From Myxococcota bacterium (lineage in GTDB: Bacteria > Myxococcota_A > UBA796 > SXON01): DNA of 64,000 nt. Shown here one piece after another: positions 61,664 to 64,000 of this stretch; position 1 is the first letter of the stretch, and each line of letters opens with the position of its first letter. The notes beneath the pieces are model-generated. The model was given only the letters and a program-made list of their open reading frames with translations. It had not been told where the DNA came from and did not search any database. A program made the translations under genes and the position numbers. The stretch is taken from NCBI GenBank assembly GCA_040386535.1, contig JAZKFH010000009.1, forward strand, positions 273,296 through 337,295, in the 5' to 3' direction.

Positions 61664-62068
61664 TCAGGGGCGGCGTGCGTCCCAGTCGTCCCAATAGCGC
61701 TCGCACGTGCCTCTCAGCTGCTCTTCGGTAAGTGGGGCTCCGGTGTCCAGGAAGATTTCCATGGTGTCGTACGCCCGCTCGAGCTCGCCCTCGCGCCAAC
61801 CAAGAACGAGCGGCTCCAGGCGATAGACGGAGAGCACCTCGGGCTCCCTGAACGCAATTACCCCCAAATCGGACGTGGCTTGCGCGTCGTACTGCCGGTA
61901 CTCGAGCCTCGAGCAGCCACCGAGGCGCACGCGGAGGTGCGTGCCGCCCCCGTCGAACATGTCGCGCAGATACTCGATGTCGATGCGCAGCTCGACGACA
62001 CCGGGCACCGAACCCGTGATCGCCTCGATGCTCCCGTCGTGGAACACCCCCCAGATCTCCGGATTCAT
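61664..62068 (-). CDS. Hypothetical protein
   Basis: MNPEIWGVFHDGSIEAI...CERYWDDW. Protein-like composition. Confidence 0.7.
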   Translation of the reverse strand: MNPEIWGVFHDGSIEAITGSVPGVVELRIDIEYLRDMFDGGGTHLRVRLGGCSRLEYRQYDAQATSDLGVIAFREPEVLSVYRLEPLVLGWREGELERAYDTMEIFLDTGAPLTEEQLRGTCERYWDDWDARRP

Positions 62069-62123
62069 TCTGGGTCTCTCTGGTGCACGGTGCCGAGCTG
62101 AAGTTCGGGGGAACCTATCGCAA

Positions 62124-62169
62124 CGGCAACAACTCGACCTCTCGCCATCGAGCCCCCGAGTTGTTGCCG
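62124..62169. repeat. 46-bp palindromic REP-like element, intact copy
   Basis: Perfect 13-bp arms cggcaacaactcg / cgagttgttgccg with an inner ctcg-ccat-cgag hairpin. A second copy starts at 62270 and is interrupted. Confidence 0.9.
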
Positions 62170-62309
62170 CTCGCCCGCGCCCGGCGCCGCATCCGCGCTG
62201 GTCCAACGTCGCGAATTCGTCGTCTCAACGTATCCCGTGCTCGGCCGCACCTCGACGCGGCAACAATTCCGGCAACAACTCGACCTCTCGCCATCGAGCC
62301 CCCGAGTTG

Positions 62310-62570
62310 GGTGTGATCGGTTTCAGTCGGGGCGCGCCCAAGCAGCACATTTGGTCGGCACCAGGGATCGCGGACAGGACCGCAGTCGGCCGATGACCGA
62401 GCATCTCTCGACTGCGGTCCGCCTGGGAGGACCGCCGGCGGCCGATGACCGAGCATCTCGCGACTGCGGTCCGCCTGGGAGGACCGGGGTCGGCCGATGA
62501 CCGAGCATCTCTCGACTCTGGTCCGCGGCGCGGGATTGGCGCTGGCCCGCCGACTGAAGTGGATCACACC
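62310..62570. mobile_element. Non-autonomous MITE-like element (about 261 bp)
   Basis: 21-bp TIRs GGTGTGATCggtTTCAGTCGG / CCGACTGAAgtgGATCACACC (18/21). Flanking direct repeat ccccgagttg at 62300-62309 and 62571-62580. Confidence 0.8.
62387..62526 (+). repeat. 52-bp tandem repeat x2.7 inside the MITE
   Basis: Units start at 62387, 62439 and 62491: cggccgatgaccgagcatctctcgactgcggtccgcctgggaggaccg(N4). Confidence 0.92.
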
Positions 62571-62619
62571 CCCCGAGTTGTTGCCGCTCGCAAGCGACCT
62601 TCCCTTCGCCGCGCCCCCT

Positions 62620-62997
62620 TCAACGCCGCTTCCGGCCCTTCTCCCCCGCCGGCTGCCCCGGCGTAGCGGTGAGCCCGCCGCCCCCGGCCACGCCGCGATC
62701 CCCCTCGCCGACGCCGCGGCCCACGGGCGGATGTGCCGGTTCGTAGGTCTCCCGCGGCTCGGACTCCGGGGCGCCGGGCGCACCCGCGTTCGCGCTGGCG
62801 TTCACGCCGGAGCGCCCACCCATGTCGCCGAGGTCGTCACCATGCGAGATTCCGGGGGAGAAGCCCGGGATGTGCGGGACGTACGGTCCGCTCATGTCCG
62901 GGGGCCTGTCCGCCGGGACCGCGCGGTCGGCGTCCTCGTCCGCGGCCACGTGCCCCCCGCGCAGCTCCTTGTACCGGTCGTCCTTCTTCGAAGCCAT
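62620..62997 (-). CDS. Small hydrophilic, likely disordered protein
   Basis: GGAGG before the ATG. MASKKDDRYKELRGGH..., rich in Gly/Pro/Asp. Confidence 0.6.
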   Translation of the reverse strand: MASKKDDRYKELRGGHVAADEDADRAVPADRPPDMSGPYVPHIPGFSPGISHGDDLGDMGGRSGVNASANAGAPGAPESEPRETYEPAHPPVGRGVGEGDRGVAGGGGLTATPGQPAGEKGRKRR

Positions 62998-63026
62998 GGT
63001 GCCCTCCGGACCGGATGTAGGCACAT

Positions 63027-63083
63027 TGGGCGACCGGCGCTGGGCGCGGTGCCTCGACGCCCCGAGCGGCGCCGACCGCGCCC
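63027..63083. repeat. 57-bp dispersed hairpin repeat, copy B
   Basis: 52/57 identical to 53319-53375. Confidence 0.85.
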
Positions 63084-63148
63084 CCGTGGACATCCCGGTG
63101 CTGGAGCACAAGCCGCCGACACGGACACCCACCGATCCGGTGTCTCGA

Positions 63149-63865
63149 TCATTCGGAGCTGGGGCGGATCGCACCCGGCGCCTCGACCCCCACGCAGCGG
63201 AGGAACCACCGGATGGACGGCGCGCCGACGTAGTGGGCCCAGCGGTCCACGTCCGCGACCAGCGCGTCGTGGTCGCCCGCGAAGGAGGCCACGTAGGTCG
63301 CGAAGCCGCCGTGTTGCCGAGACACCGCGGCGAGAGCGCGCGCGTTGCGGAGCACCGCCAGCACGCGCTTTGGGTTGCGGATCATGCCGGGGGCCGCGAG
63401 CAGGCGATCGGCCTCCAGGTCTGTCCAGGCGGACACCTCGTCCAGCGCGAACCCGCTGAAGGCGTCGCGGATCGCGGGCCACCGGGCGCGCACGATATCG
63501 GGCCGGAAGCGCGCCTGGAACACGGCGGCCGCGAGCGCCTCGAACACCGCGTCGTCACCCTGCGCGAGCGCTCCGTCGACCGGGCACCACCCGGCGACCG
63601 CGGGGAGCGAACCGGTCACGCGGCCGGTGCCCGCGAGCGCCATGAGCACGCCCTGCCGCACTCCGGTTCGGATCGAGGCGCACACGATGCAGTAGTCGCG
63701 CTCCTCCCCGTCGGCGTCAGCCATCCGGACCCGGAAGCGCCGGTGTACCCCCTTCGGGGCGACCATGCCGAGCCGATCGCAGCGGGCACACTCGAACCGC
63801 ACCTTGCGGTCGAAGGACGCCACCTCTCGCACCGTGGGCACGTCGTACGGAGCGTCTTCGTCCAT
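63149..63865 (-). CDS. DNA-3-methyladenine glycosylase I (Tag)-like protein with an N-terminal C4 zinc-finger-like region
   Basis: DDAVFEAL...FQA...AFSGF...LLAAPGMIRNPKRV..VLRNA...HGGF. N-terminal CARC...CIVC. GGAGG RBS. Confidence 0.75.
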   Translation of the reverse strand: MDEDAPYDVPTVREVASFDRKVRFECARCDRLGMVAPKGVHRRFRVRMADADGEERDYCIVCASIRTGVRQGVLMALAGTGRVTGSLPAVAGWCPVDGALAQGDDAVFEALAAAVFQARFRPDIVRARWPAIRDAFSGFALDEVSAWTDLEADRLLAAPGMIRNPKRVLAVLRNARALAAVSRQHGGFATYVASFAGDHDALVADVDRWAHYVGAPSIRWFLRCVGVEAPGAIRPSSE

Positions 63866-63921
63866 GAAACCCGCGCCTCCCCCGTTTCGGTAGGGACATC
63901 CGGGGCGCGCGTCCACCGGAC

Positions 63922-64000
63922 GTATCAGACGCGGTATCAGCCGATGTATCAGCCGATGTATCAGCCGATGTATCAGCCGATGTATCAGCCGATGTATCAG
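63922..64000. repeat. 12-bp tandem repeat (gtatcagccgat), at least 5.6 perfect units plus 1 degenerate, truncated by the window end
   Basis: Perfect units from 63934 to 64000. The minus strand would read (DTSA)n. Confidence 0.95.

Noticed and set aside
62124..62169. Integron attC site
   Set aside because: The ends (cggcaac/gttgccg) do not fit RYYYAAC/GTTRRRY well, the arms are perfect without extrahelical bases, and there is no integrase or co-oriented cassette array.
62387..62526. CRISPR array
   Set aside because: Units are contiguous and near-identical with no unique spacers, and there are no cas genes in the window.

Overview
Very GC-rich bacterial chromosomal DNA, probably from a Myxococcota-like deltaproteobacterium. 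This is inferred from a MYXO-CTERM-like sorting tail, MopE-type Asp/Cys repeat surface proteins, many Cys-rich lipoproteins and a Myxococcus-like SOS box. About 55 genes can be supported. They include TetR, a B12-binding radical SAM, a methyltransferase, murJ, a 1694-aa FG-GAP surface protein, lexA, a histidine kinase, the MoxR/DUF58/vWA/DUF4159/DUF4175 operon, an aromatic acid CoA-ligation/beta-oxidation cluster resembling the 2-aminobenzoate pathway, carAB, and a Tag-like glycosylase. The most striking item is a pair of overlapping 6TM class III adenylyl cyclase genes (46912-49502) with reciprocal catalytic losses. One lacks both metal-binding aspartates, like mammalian C2. The other lacks the transition-state Asn/Arg, like mammalian C1. 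Together they predict an obligate heterodimer, i.e. a two-gene bacterial version of the mammalian 12TM cyclase. Also found: a ~261-bp MITE with TIRs, a target-site duplication and an internal 52-bp tandem array, inserted into one copy of a repeated palindrome; a second dispersed 57-bp hairpin repeat; three disrupted reading frames; several apparent pseudoenzymes; and signs of leaderless transcription. No rRNA, tRNA, CRISPR array or transposase was recognised. All family calls come from visual motif recognition, not database searches.
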